Notes: a model not told the origin generated them from the letters alone. A DNA stretch of 53,682 nucleotides from Prorocentrum cordatum (GCA_963575745.1 CAUYUJ010000301.1:62001-115682), one strand, 5' to 3'; positions 26,575-39,105 are shown, numbered from the stretch's first letter. Numbers and translations are program-made.

Positions 26575-28337
26575 GTGTCTGGACGACCGACGTGCATAGC
26601 GGCCGCGCTCAGGGACCACCCCCTGCGCACCCCCTATGGTGTCGAGAAAGTTCCACGCCTGCTGGGCCTGGACGACCGTCGTGCATAGCGGCCGAACTCA
26701 GGGACCACCCCCTGCACACCCCCTATGGTGTCGAGAAAGTGCCACGCCTGCTGTGCCTGGACGACCGTCGTGCATAGCGGCCACGCTCAGGGACCACCCC
26801 CTGCGCACCCCCTGCGGTGTCGAGAAAATGCCACGCCTGCTGTGCCCTGGACGACCGTCGTGCATAGCGGCCGCGCTCATGGACCACCCCCTGCGCACCC
26901 CCTATGGTGTCGAGAAAGTGCCACGCCTGCTGTGCCTTGGACGACCGTCACGGATAGCAGCCGCGGTGAGAGACCACCCCCTGCGCACTCCCTATGGTGT
27001 CGAGAATATGCCATGCCTGCTCTGCCCCGGACGAAAATCACGGATACCGGCCGCGGTGAGAGACCACCCCCTGCGCACCCCCTCTGGTGTCGAGAATATG
27101 CCATGCCTGCTGTGCCCTGGACGACCGTCACGGATAACGCGGCGGTGAGAAACCACCCCCTGCGCACCCCCTATGGTGTCGAGAATATGCCATGCCTGCT
27201 GTGCCCTGGACGACCCTCACGGATAGCGGCCGCGGTGAGAGACCACCCCATGCGCACCCCCTGTGGTATCGAGAATCTGCCATGCCTGCTGTGCCCTGGA
27301 CGACCGTCACGGATAGAGGTCGCGGTGAGAGACCACCCCCTGCGCACCCCATATGGTGTCGAGAATATGCCATGCCTGCTCTGCCCCGGACGACCGTCAC
27401 GGATAGCGGCCGCGGTGAGAGACCACCCCCTGCGCACCCCCTATGGTGTCGAGAATATGCCATGCCTGCTGTGCCCTGGACGACCGTCACGGATAGCGGC
27501 CGCGGTGAGAGACCACCCCCTGCGCACCCCTCTGGTGTCGAGAATATGCCATGCCTGCTGTGCCTGGACGACCGTCACGGATAGCGGCCGCGGTGAGAGA
27601 CCACCCCCTGCGCACCCCCTTATGGTGTCGAGAGTATGCCATTCCTGCTGTCCCTCTGGTGTCGAGAATATGCCATGCCTGCTGTGCCTGGACGACCGTC
27701 ACGGATAGCGGCCGCGGTGAGAGACCACCCCCTGCGCACCCCCTCTGGTATCGAGAATATGCCATGCCTGCTGTGCACTGGACGACCGTCACGGATAGCG
27801 GCCGCGGTGAGAGACCACCCCCTGCGCACCCCCTCTGGTGTCGAGAATATGCCATGCCTGCTGTGCCCTGGACGACCGTCACGGATAGCGGCCGCGGTGA
27901 GAGACCACCCCCTGCGCACCCCCTACGGTGTCGAGAATATGCCATGCCTGCTGTGCCCTGGACGACCGTCACGGATAGCGGCCGCGGTGAGAGACCACCC
28001 CCTGCGCACCCCCTATGGTGTCGAGAATATGCCATGCCTGCTGTGCCCTGGACGACCGTCACGGATAGCGGCCGCGGTGAGAGACCACCCCCTGCGCACT
28101 CCCTATGGTGTCGAGAATATGCCATGCCTGCTGTGCCTTGGACGACCGTCACGGATAGCGGCCGCGGTGAGAGACCACCCCCTGCGCACCCCCTCTGGTG
28201 TCGAGAATATGCCCTGCCTGCTATGCCCTGGACGACCGTCACGGATAGCGGCCGCGGTGAGAAACCACCCCCTGCGCACCCCCTATGGTGTCGAGAATAT
28301 GCCATGCCTGCTGTGCCCTGGACGACCCTCACGGATT
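26575..28337 (+). repeat. 90-bp tandem satellite, ~19-20 copies
   Basis: Unit GACGACCGTCACGGATAGCGGCCGCGGTGAGAGACCACCCCCTGCGCACCCCCTATGGTGTCGAGAATATGCCATGCCTGCTGTGCCCTG. The 90-nt period is exact across 27781-28320. Confidence 0.98.
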
Positions 28338-28754
28338 GTGCAGACGTCTTGGGTGTATGATGCAGTGAACATGCGTCTTGTGTGTGCGAGTGTGTGCATG
28401 CGTGCGGCTGTATGTAGACGCGTGTCTCATGTACTTGCAGTGCATGTGTTGACGGCGGGTTGAGGAAAGGAATGAAGAGGAGGAGGGGAGGTGAGGAGAC
28501 GCGGGTGCGCCGCGGCAGGGAAGAAAACCAGAACCCCACGAAACATGTGGGGAACAATAGGTTGTTGTGGTCAGCGCGGTGCAAACTATGTGGTGTCATG
28601 TACGCGATGCAACCCATGTAATGCAATCTACGCGGTGCAATCTAGCACAAAGCACGAAGCACGCCCGCACATGGGCACCGTCTAGGGTGCTGCGTGTGCG
28701 GCGCCGGAACGCCAGGGCGTCCGAAAGCGAAGCCTGATCAGATGTTGCCCGTGA

Positions 28755-29770
28755 AGCTGGAGATCATGTCCTGGAGGCTGGAAGTCGAAAGCTGGAGGTG
28801 GAAGCCTGGATGGTGGTAGCTGGCGGTGATTGCTGTGAATCTGAAGCTGAAGGGTGGAGGGCGGCCGCGCGATGCGGGAGGTCGATAGGTCGAAGTCGAA
28901 AGCTGGAGGTGGAAGGTTGGATATTGTCAGCTGTCGGTGGATGGTGGGAGTCGGAAGTTGGACGCTGAATGTCGGTCAGTGAGGTGGAAGTCGACAGGTG
29001 GAGGTCGAGAGCTGGAGGTGGAAGATTTGAGTCGGCAGCTGTGGGTGGATGGTGGGAGTCGGAAGTTGGAAGCTGGATGCCAGTAGCGTGAGGTGGGAAG
29101 TCGATAGGTGGAGGCCGAAAGCTGGAGGTGGGACATTGGCAATCGACAGCGGTTGGTGCATGATGAGAGTCGGAAGTTGGAAATCGGAGGTCGGTCAGAC
29201 GAGGTGGAAGGTTGAAAGGTGAGGGTCGAAAGCTGGAAATGAGACTTTGGATGTCATCAGCTGTTGGTGGCTGGCGGAAGTCGGAAGCTGGAAGCTAAAT
29301 GCTTGTCAGGTGGGGTGGGAAATCGATAGGTGGAAGTCGAAAGCTTGAGGTGGAAGACTAGGGGTCGGAAGCTGGGTGGTGGGAATCGGAACTTGCAGCT
29401 AGAGGTCACTCAAGTGAGGTGGGAAGTCGATAAGTGGAGGTCGAAGGCTGGACGTGGAAGATTGGGCATCGACATCGTTTGGTGGATGGTGGAAATCGGA
29501 AATTGCAAGCTGGAAATCGGTCAGGTGGGGTTGCAAGTCGATAGGGGGAGGTCGAAAGCTGGAGGTGAAAGATTGGGAGTGAGTCGACAACTGATGGATG
29601 ATGGTGGGAGTCGGAACTTGGAAGGTGGAGGTCGATTATGTGAGGTTGGAACTCGAAAGGTGGAGGTCGAAAGCTGGAGGTGGGAGATTAGGGAACGACT
29701 GCTGATGGTGGATGGTGGGAGCAAGGAACTGGAAGCTGGAGGTTGGTCAGGCGATGGCGAAGCTGGACGC
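28755..29770 (+). repeat. Diverged ~110-bp satellite built of ~7-bp GGA(A/G)GT(C/T)/GAAGCTG subunits, ~9 copies
   Basis: AGGTGG.AAGTCGA.AGGTGGAGGTCGAAAGCTGGAGGTGG recurs at ~28982, 29091, 29201, 29310, 29417, 29525 and 29643. Confidence 0.85.
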
Positions 29771-29849
29771 CGGCATGATGGAGCCAACAATCAATGTGGA
29801 AAACTGGAGCTGAAGGAGCAAAACCGTCTGGGGCGCCGCGGGTGCGGCG

Positions 29850-30184
29850 CTGGAGCGCTGAAGCGTCAGAAACCGTGCTCGATATTGTTCCAATTCTGTT
29901 GCGGCAGCATCCAATAGATCATCTATACTCATGAACCCATTATCCCAATGATTCTCTTCGTGGCTTCGGACTTCGTCGATCTATATAACCTTCGGGCGCC
30001 CTGGTTTCCGCTTTGCTTGATATGCCGAATCGTACTGCGGCGTCCATTGGATCACCTAACGGATCCACTCTTGTTCGCCTGTAATGTTCGATTTGCTAAC
30101 CCATCCCCATTTCCGTTGCTTCACAATGGAAAACCAATCTGTGATACACAGCCACTCGTGTGCCACTTCTACGTCGTGCACCGT
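29850..30184 (-). pseudogene. Decayed C-terminal fragment of an RTE-like LINE ORF2
   Basis: My translation is TVHDVEVAHEWLCITDWFSIVKQRKWGWVSKSNITGEQEWIR*VIQWTPQYDSAYQAKRKPGRPKVI*IDEVRS...LEQYRARF. It fits the RTE C-terminal pattern RKWxW..W..V.xWxP..RxxGRPxxRWxD. Stops are at 30058-30056 and 29983-29981, the latter at the conserved W (TGG>TAG). Confidence 0.75.
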
Positions 30185-30254
30185 GATGCAGTGCAGTCTA
30201 CGCGGTGCAAGTTACTTGCCGAATTTGAAGTTGTCAACTCCAGTGCTCGCGCAA

Positions 30255-30818
30255 TCATCCCACCCACACACACCGTCGAGTTGGTTTGCAAAACCATGCG
30301 GCGGCGATTGGGGTAAATGCTTGGCGCTGGCTGGTGCATCTCTGCGCCCGCGCCACGCCGCGCATGCTAGCGCGCGCAGCGGCCAACTAACTTGGCGCGA
30401 CCGACGCGGCCGCGGTGGCGCTGACCGCTGGGCACATCCCGCCGGGCATTTCAGTGCGGGTCGGCGACTTCGGCGGGCGCGGTATCATGGCAGCGTCGAC
30501 AACGGTAGACACGATGATGATAGTAGCGATGCTGGTAACGATGCTGACGGCGACGACGGGGCAGCCAGTGACGGCGCCGATGCTGATCACGCCGACGACG
30601 ATGACGGCGTCTTCGCGTCGGTGATGAAGGCTTTGGAAGGAATTCCACATGCGCGCGCGGCCGATGCGCGAGTGTGGCCCGCATGGTATTATGAGACACG
30701 GATCGTGCCACCCCAGCACGCGCGCAAGGGCGTCCGAACGATTTCGACATGAGCGCGCGCGAAATCCGTTTGGAAGCATTTTCTGAGATCGTTGAGGGAA
30801 AAAAAAAAAAAAAAAAAA

Positions 30819-30910
<92 letters not shown>

Positions 30911-31970
30911 GACGGTTGCCTTAAACATACGCCAGAGCGCGCCCGCAAGTTTTGGGGGAATTCCGTGCTGCGATACCATGTGGTTTCATGTTTTTTAGAC
31001 ACTCGGCTTTGAAGTCTTGACGAAATCGGAGGTTTGTGAGGAAGTCGGCATGCGCGCGCGCGACGACGCGCGCGTGTGCACTTCGTCCTACTTGGTGCAA
31101 GGGATTCTGGAAAACTTCTGATGTTTGATCAACGCGCGCGCAGTATGTTTTGCAGAGGATGGCGGGGGGCGATACCGGCCTGGCTGGGATGGTACGAGCT
31201 CCTATTTAGGATGGACGATGGGGCTGAATCAAATACCAATTGCAATGCGAAAAAGGAAGCCGATAGTCCCGGGGGAGGGGGTCGGGTCTACTCTGTTTTT
31301 TAATTAAAAGATGATTTCTACATACGAGTCGGCAAAGTACAGACTCTTGCAAACACCCCACCCACCCATCTGCAATTTGGTTTGCAAAACGATGCGGGGC
31401 CGATTGGGGTAAATGCTTGGCGCTGGCTGGTGCATCTCTGCACCCGCGCCAGGCCGCAGATGCTAGCGCGCGCAGCGGCCAGCTAATTTGGCGCGACCGA
31501 CGCGGCCGCGGTGGCGCTGACCGCTGGGCACATCCCACCGGGCATTTCAGTGCGGGTCGGCGACTTGGGCGGGCGCGGTATCATGGCAGCGTCGACAACG
31601 GCAGACATGATTATGATAGTAGCGATGCTGGTGACGATCTTGACAGCGACGACGGCACGGCCGGTGACAGCGCCGATGCTGATCACGACGACGACGATGA
31701 CGGCGTCTTCGCGTCGGTGATGAAGGTTTGGAAAGAGTTCCACATGCGCGCGCGGCCGATGCGCGAGAGTGGCCCGCATGGTATTACTAGACACGGGTCG
31801 TGCCACCCAAGCACGCGCGCAAGGGCGTCCGAACGAGTTCGACACGCGCGCACGAAATCCGTTTGGTAGCATTTTCTGAGATCGTTGTTTTCTTTCTTCT
31901 CACTGATTATAAAAAATATATTGCAACAAAACAAAGTTATTTTAAATGTTGGTAAAAAATATTGCGAACA

Positions 31971-32003
<33 letters not shown>

Positions 32004-33430
32004 AAACAAAAAAAAAAAAAAAAAAAAATGCCTTACGCATACGCCAGAGCGCGCCCGCAAAGTTTGGGGGAATTCCGCGCTGCGATACCATGTGGTTTCG
32101 TGTTTTTTGGGCACTCGGTTTTGAAGTCCTAACGAAATCGGAGGTTTGTCAGGAATTCGGCATGCGCGCGCGACGACGCGCGCGTGTGCATTTCGTCCTA
32201 TTTGGCGCAAGGGATTCTGGAAAACTTTTGATGTTTGATCAACGCGCGCGCGCGCACAATCTGTTTTGCAGAAGATGGCGGGGGGGGGGGGGCGATACCG
32301 GCCTGGCTGGGACGGTACGAAATCATATTTAAGATGGACGATGGGCAGAATCAAATACCAATAGCAATACGAAGAGGGAAGCCGATAGTCCCGGGGGAGG
32401 GGATCGGGTCTATTCTCTTTTTAAAAACGAGTTGGCAAAGTACATACTCTTGCAAACACCCCACCCACCCATCCGCAACTTGGTTTGCAAAAACATGCGG
32501 CGGCGATTGGGATAAATGCTTGGCGCTGGCTGGTGCATCTCTGCACCCGCGCCAGGCCGCGAATGCTAGCGCTCGCAGCGGCCAGCTAATTTGGCGCGAC
32601 CGACGCGGCCGCAGTGGCGCTGACCGCTGGGCACATCCTAGCGGGCACTTCAGTGCGGGTCGGCGACTTGGGCGGGCGCGGTATCATGGCAGCGTCGACA
32701 ACGGTAGACATGATTATGATAGTAGCGATGCTGGTGACGATCTTGACAGCGACGCCGGCACGGCCAGTGACAGCGCCGATGCTGATCACGACGACGACGA
32801 TGACGGAGACCTCGCGTCGGTGATGAAGGTTTTGGAAGGAGTTCCACATGCGCGCGCGGCAAATGCGCGAGAGTGACCGCATGGTATTATTTGACACGGA
32901 CCGGGCCCCCCCCCAGCACGCGCGCAAGGGCGTTCGAATGATTTCGGCGAAAGGCCCGCTTGGCAGAATTCCAGGGACATGTTGAAAAACCGATGGTTTT
33001 CTCGAGAATTCGCAAGAGAGCGAGCGACTATATGTTTTGACTGGTTTCGGGGCACTTGGTTTTGAAACCTGATGTTGCCAGACCATATGTTTTGTTGATT
33101 GGTTTCGGGGCACTTGGTTTTGGAATAATTTCGAAACCTAAGGTTTTTCGAAAATGTTTGCATGCACGAGGGACGACGCGCGCGCGCGCATGCACTTCGT
33201 CCCACTGCTTGCAAAGGATTCTCGCGACACCACGCGCGCAAAGGCGTTCGAACGATTTCGACATGCGCGCGCGAACCCGTTTGGCTGAATTCCCTGAACA
33301 TGTTGAAAACATTAAGTTTTCTTAAGAATTCTCAAGAGTGCGCAAGCTTCTTTTGATCCGTGTTGCGAAACCATGTGCTTGATTGACTTGTGTTGACACT
33401 CGATTTTGAAATCCCTACGAAACCGAAGGT
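30255..33430 (+). repeat. Tandem ~1.1-kb repeat, about 3 diverged units
   Basis: The anchor CACCCAC..TTGGTTTGCAAAA..ATGCGG..CGATTGGG.TAAATGCTTGGCGCTGGCTGGTGCATCTCTG occurs at ~30261, ~31358 and ~32462. The third unit decays into shorter GCGCGC-rich subrepeats. Confidence 0.95.
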
Positions 33431-34319
33431 TTTGAAGGATTTCGGCATGCAAACTGGTATGCCGAGCCCTCCCCCTCCAAGCCAGGCTCAAGAGCCCTCT
33501 CAAGACCCGCAAGACGCCGCTAGCAGGCTCCGAGAAGGCGCCCCCCCGAGAGACCTCGAAGAACCTGACCCCAGATGCCCCCAAGAGCCCTCCAAGACGC
33601 CCCTGACAGGCATCCAGAGGGACCGTCTTACGCATCAGACGAAATGTTTTTGTTGCTGGACGCTCTGCTAAGCACAGCGCGCGCGGGAGCGAGGAGGGGA
33701 GGAGAGGAGAGGAGAGAAAGGTCGGCCCCCCCGAGGTTCCTGCTGGGGACCCCCCCCAAGCCACCTCAGCCCTTCAAGGGGCGGAGAGGGGTGCCACCAA
33801 AGGCCGGATGTTGCTAGAAGTGCCCCTGGCCCAAGGTGCCCCCAGCCTTTTGTTCCATTTTGGAGCCCTGGAGGCCCTCTGGGCCTCTTGAGGGGTGCCC
33901 TGGCGGCCGCCAGGGCCACCCCGAGAGTCCTGGGGCGTACCTTGGGCCAGGGGTGGTTCCAGCAACACCCGAAAAGGCGGGGAGGGTGGCGGGCTTCGCT
34001 CCCCTGTAGGCAGCGATCGCTGCGCGGCGGGCTCCCACTCCTTCCGTTGCGGTGGTCGGCGGCATGGCGCGAGCCGTTTGGATTCATGTCCGGAGGCGGC
34101 GTGCTGAGCGGCAGCGTTTTCTGGCTAACGCCTAAACGCAATGTGTCCCATGGATCCAGTGGTACACATTTGCTACATCGTGTACTCCTGCACGTTGTGT
34201 CTCCCCCTAACCCCGCTCTTGGAGTCGCGCCACATCCGCGGACCTAACTGGCAAACCCCCTCTGGGGGCCCAACAACACACCCGAACGCATGGAAAATAT
34301 ATGATATTGGCCTCCGGGG

Positions 34320-34830
34320 CCTCCAAGAGGGAAACGGTCCAAGAGGGCCTCAAGACTGCTCAATGCAGCTTCCCGACGGGCCACGACGGCCCCAAGACGG
34401 CCCAAGATGGCCACAAGAGGACCCAAGAGGCTCCCAAGACGGCCCCGGAAAGCCACAAGGAGGCGCCCGAGAGCACCACCAGAGGCCTGAAGAGCGGAAT
34501 TCCGGTTGGCTTTTTAATAGTTTCGCATTCTCGCCTTTTCGACACTCGGGGCCCATGGCCCAAGCAGCCTCCAAGGTGACCCCGAGACGGCCCCAGAGGC
34601 CCCCACCCACGAGGGCCCAAAAACGGCCCAAGAGGGCCCCAAGATGGCCCACAGAGGCTCCGAAAAGGCTCAAGAGGCCCCCAAGACGACCCGAGAGGAA
34701 TCCAAGAGAGCCACAATAGGCCCCAAGAAGCCCCAAGAGGCCCCAAGGGGGCCCCTGAGAGGCTTCCAGGGGGCCCCAAAAAGTTTCCAAAATGCCGCAG
34801 AGAAGCCCCCAAACGGCCAAAAGAAACCAC
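34320..34830 (+). repeat. Degenerate GGCCCCAAGA-type ~10-11 bp repeat
   Basis: Many CCAAGA(C/G)GGCC units. Confidence 0.85.
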
Positions 34831-35043
34831 CAAGAGACCCGCGGAATTTGAACTTGGCGTTGCCTTGTGCTGACTGGAGTGAATGCTCATTGCACTCCTA
34901 GACATTACCACGCTCGTCCCAGCGCTGTAACCAGGGGGGGCGCATCCGCCCCCCGTGGGGCTGGCAGCACCCTGGGGCGGGCAGAACGACACGGCAGAAC
35001 TTCTTCTCGGCAGACCACGCAACTCTCGGGGATCTTCTGACCC

Positions 35044-35231
35044 GGGTCAATGCAGACCCGGGTCAGCAGGAAACCAAAAACTGCAACGCAGGTCTTCGCA
35101 AACCCGGGTCAGCCAATATGCGCGGCCGCCTCACGGCCACGAGCGGCTCGCTAACCTGGGTCAGCCAGGGGGGGTCTTCGCAGGATCCTGCAGAATCCGG
35201 TGCCGTGGCTGACCCCCGTTTGCATTGACCC
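35044..35231. mobile_element. MITE-like element, family A copy 2
   Basis: GGGTCAATGCAGACCCGGGTCAG ... CTGACCCCCGTTTGCATTGACCC. Confidence 0.7.
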
Positions 35232-36679
35232 CCGTCTCAAGGCTCCCGAAACTCCCAGTCTCAACGTGCTCCGGACGTGCACCCCGCGAAGCGAGAGAAA
35301 ACGGTTCGCCCGACCTTGTCTCAACCGCGGCCGACACATCGTCGCCTTCGCACGGCTTCGCCTCGCCCGCAGGCGCGACGCGAACCGATACCAAGACCGA
35401 CTCCCCGGTTGGGATCACTTCGCCCTCACTTCCCAGCCACCGATGGTAGCCAGTGCGCAGGATGCCCCCCCTCGCAAGAGCGGCCAGAAGTGCACACCAC
35501 TACCACCCCTGGCCTGCACGGTTTCCCCAGGGGCCGTAGGCGACCCGAGGAGGAGGAGGAGGAGGAGGAGGAGGAGGAGGAGGAGGAGGAGGAGGAGGAG
35601 GAGGAGGAGGAGGTGGGGGAGGAGAAGATGGAGGAGGAGGAGGAGGAGGAGGAGGAGGAGGAGAAGGAGGAGGAGGAGGAGGAGGAGAGAGGAGGAGAAG
35701 GAGGAGGAGGAGGAGGACGGGTCGCCTAAGCCCTTCGGAGAAACCCTCCACCCTGGCCTCTCCTGTAAAGATGCGGGCACACTGGCATCAACATCCCCTG
35801 ACCCGAGGCGGCCAGAACTGATGCACAACCGCCGCCTGTGGAGTCGATGTCCCAGGACCCAAGAAGGCAGTGGACGCGGATATCGTCTAGCCCCGTTGGG
35901 GGCCTCCGTGCACGGAAGCGACGATCGGGGCATGCGAACCCCACGGCACTCGGACCCACGCCGAACGCAGCCACTGCAGCTCCGACCTGATATGCGCGAC
36001 CATCGCCGATGTGTTTTCGCTTTGGGGGTTCGAAAGAATGGCGCAATCCTCTTGCATAGTCTGTATGAAGGGGCCCTGGGACACACAAATAAACACACAC
36101 ACAAATACAAAGGTCCCCCATATTTTCCCATATTTTCTGGGTTTATGTCTTCCCCCCCACTTTCCATATTCTCCCATGTTTTCCTGGGAATCGACGATGA
36201 ATTGCGCCTGTGTGCTTTTTCCCCTCCTGACTATAGGGGCCCGAACGCATCCAGATCCACCGCCTCCCAGGGCCATAACACGTCAGGTCCCCAGGCGGCG
36301 CACACGATAGGATTTCGGCCCCCCCCCCAAAAAAACACCGCAGGAAACCCGGACCCTCAAAGCGAAGTAAATGATGGATTCCAGGTATGAGAAACCTGGG
36401 TTCCCCATTGCCTGAGGCGTGACGATGGCAGGTATTGCCGAGGCGTGACGATGGCAGGTATGGGAAACCTGATGGCAGGTTCGTGTCGTGACGACGCTGG
36501 CGTTGATCTCTGACACCGCTTCGATCGTTCAATGTTGAACGATCGGCGGCTTTCAAATCACCCGATCGTTCCATGTAGGACGATTCGGGGCCAGTGGCTG
36601 CGTTCAAACCTTGAACGCCCGCGGCGGGGTCGCCGCCGGTCGCCACGACGCGAACCTACCGTAGAAACCTGGAGAACAC

Positions 36680-37058
36680 TGTCGGGTCGGGCGAAAGGGG
36701 GGGATAGCAAAGGGGGGGGTTGAGAATCAGCTCACGTAGCTGGTTTTCCAGGCGCCTCCCGGCGCCGGAGGCGGCTGCGTATCGAGGAATGGGCCCCTCG
36801 GTGGGGCCGAAGCCAGCTGCATGCAGCAAATTTCGTAACCCCCCCTTTCCCAATCCCCCCCTTTCGCCCGGCCCGGACTTCCGCGCGGAGCCCCAAAAGC
36901 ATGTTTACGTAAGTCCTTCTTCCACGAGGCCCGATGATAGCTAAGACGCACATCGCGTGGAAAAGCAAGCCCGGCAGCCGAGGCTGCCCAGAACAACGAC
37001 CGACGCTCGAGCGAGACAGGGGGCCTTTCCCAATCCCCCCGTTTCGTCCGGCCCGACA
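36680..37058. mobile_element. MITE-like element with ~40-bp inverted arms (right arm present twice)
   Basis: The left arm TGTCGGGTCGGGCGAAAGGGGGGGATAGCAAAGGGGGGGG pairs with CCCCCCCTTTCCCAATCCCCCCCTTTCGCCCGGCCCG (~36839-36875) and also with 37024-37058. Confidence 0.6.
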
Positions 37059-37172
37059 CTGGCGGAACACAAACGGTCTCTTGGCGCGCGTCCCCACCGT
37101 GTGGCTCGCTCATGGCCAGGGGGCGCGTCTGCACCCCCTTCCCGGCGGGGCGGCCCGGTCTGGGCCCGGGTG

Positions 37173-37472
37173 TGAGGGGGGCAACGCTAGGGGGCACTGG
37201 CTCAGGGGGGGGACTGGCTCAGGGGGGAGATATCGACCTCGAATCGGCGATACATCGCCGATAGATGATCTATCGCAGATCTAAGATCGGCGATTTAAGA
37301 TCGGCGATAGGGCTAACGCCGATCTTGAGATCGGCGATCGGCCCCTGATAGCGAATGCGCACGCTCCTGGGCTGGGTGGGCTGCTTGGCCCCCATCGGCG
37401 ACAAGTGGGCGAGTGGGTGGCGATGCATGACCCCCCTGAGCCTCTCCCCCTACCCCCCAGCGTTGCCCCTGA
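37173..37472. mobile_element. Tourist/PIF-Harbinger-like MITE, family B copy 1
   Basis: TGA|GGGGGGCAACGCT ... AGCGTTGCCCC|TGA, with internal ATCGGCGAT repeats. Homologous to 42521-42731. Confidence 0.6.
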
Positions 37473-38784
37473 AGGGGGTGGTTCTCCTCCTCCTCCTCCT
37501 CCTCCTCCTCCTCCTCCTCCACCTCCTCCTCCTCCTAGGTGGTTAGAGGCCTCCCAGTTGGGGTCGGGGTAGAGGGGGTCCGATGATCGCGCCGCATGGC
37601 CGATGCATCACCAATACGTCGACGATGCACCAGCGACGTCGGCGATGCATCGGCGACGTCGGCGTGGAGAACACCGAGCTCCGCATCGACACGCAGCGCC
37701 GATGCATCGGCGATGCGGCGAGATCCCCCCGACCCCGTGCACTTGGACCCTATCTGGGAGGACTGGAGCGGCGACCCCTCTGGACGCCCCCCCCGAGGCC
37801 CGACGTCGTGGCCCGGCCAGCATGTGCCCAGGAAGCGCTCGGGGACGAGGAGGAGGAGGACGAGGAGGAGGAGGAGGAGGGGAAGAGGAGGAGGACGAGG
37901 AGGAGGAGGAGGAGGAGGAGGAGGAGGAGGAGGAGGGGAGGAGGAGAGGAGGAGGAGGAGGAGGAGGAGAAGGAGGAGGGGAGGAGAAGGAGGAGGAGGA
38001 GGAGGAGGAGGAGGAGAAGCGTGGCTCCTCCAAGCCAGGATCGCTCCGCCGAGAGGCCCCGGTGCCCGAGAGGGCGGGGGCGGGACTGCCTGCGCCGCCC
38101 TCCTGGCGGGCGCTGGGGCGTCCGGGGGCCCTCCACTTCGGCGCCCGACCGCGCAGTGACGTCGGAGCCCCAAGGCAGCCCCAGAGGCCCCCAAGGCAGG
38201 CCAAGAGGATCCCAAGACGGCCCAGGAGGGCCTCCAGGAGAGCCCCAAGAGGCCCAAATCGTCCCACTCCCGACGGAAAACGCACATTTTCGCTATGTTC
38301 CGTTTTTTCGTCCTCGCAGCGTCCAAGACGGCTATAGAGGCCCTCCACCTCGCCCCAAGACGCGCCCAGAGGCCCCTACAAGGCCCAGAGATTCAACGCA
38401 TTGAAAAATCAGGACGGAGGTTCGCCCCAAATTTCGGCCCCTGAGGGCCCTCGCCAGGCCTCGGGACCGTCAAGGAACGATTCGGGATGAAGAATCGGTC
38501 CTGGGGAATGGGTCGAGACTTCTGGGGACCGCGCATTGAAAAAATCACGACATCGGATCTCTGGGTCACCACACGGCCTGGGAGCTCCGGATCAAGGCCC
38601 CTGGTCACCCGAGACGTCCTCGGAGCCTGAGTCCCAAGACCGCGGGGTGACCGAAGTCCCCGCTGGCTCACCACGCGGTGTGGTCACAACCCTGTTTCAG
38701 GGGGCCCGGGCCCACCCTCGGCTGGCCCTCGGGGCACGACGCGGACCCGGGGCGAGCGCTCGGGACACACCTCGGCCCCCGCAG

Positions 38785-38824
38785 GGGGCCCTCGACGAGG
38801 TGCTGCTGGTCGGAAAATGCAGAG
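38785..38824 (+). CDS. Candidate 40-nt exon (GALDEVLLVGKCR+G)
   Basis: Acceptor cccccgcag|GGG, donor AGAG|GCCCG. It ends in phase 1 and joins in frame to 39051. Confidence 0.4.
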
Positions 38825-39050
38825 GCCCGAGGACATGAACCCATGGGTCAGTTATTCGCGAAAACGCCCGTGACCGGTCCTGGCGCCCCCCCACCATCCT
38901 GTGACCCGCCGCCGCCCCCGATCCCCCACGGTCACGCCCGTTGTCGCAATGTAAAAGAAAAACAGCTCCATCCAGGATGTACGAAGTTTTCGTCTTCTTC
39001 CGACGACGACGACGACGACGGCGGGTTCGACGGCAGCCGCCGACGCGCAG

Positions 39051-39105
39051 GGGTCCTGCTGTTCCACGGGGGCGGGGCCGAGCCCGAGGGGCTCGAGACC
39101 AGGAG
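39051..39105 (+). CDS. Candidate exon (GVLLFHGGGAEPEGLETR)
   Basis: Acceptor gcgcag|GG, phase-compatible with the preceding exon across a 226-nt GC-AG intron. GC3-rich. The 3' end is uncertain. Confidence 0.4.

Noticed and set aside
26575..28337. CRISPR-like appearance of the regular arrays (also 41218-41845 and 52220-52876)
   Set aside because: Units are similar along their whole length with no unique spacers, and there are no cas genes.
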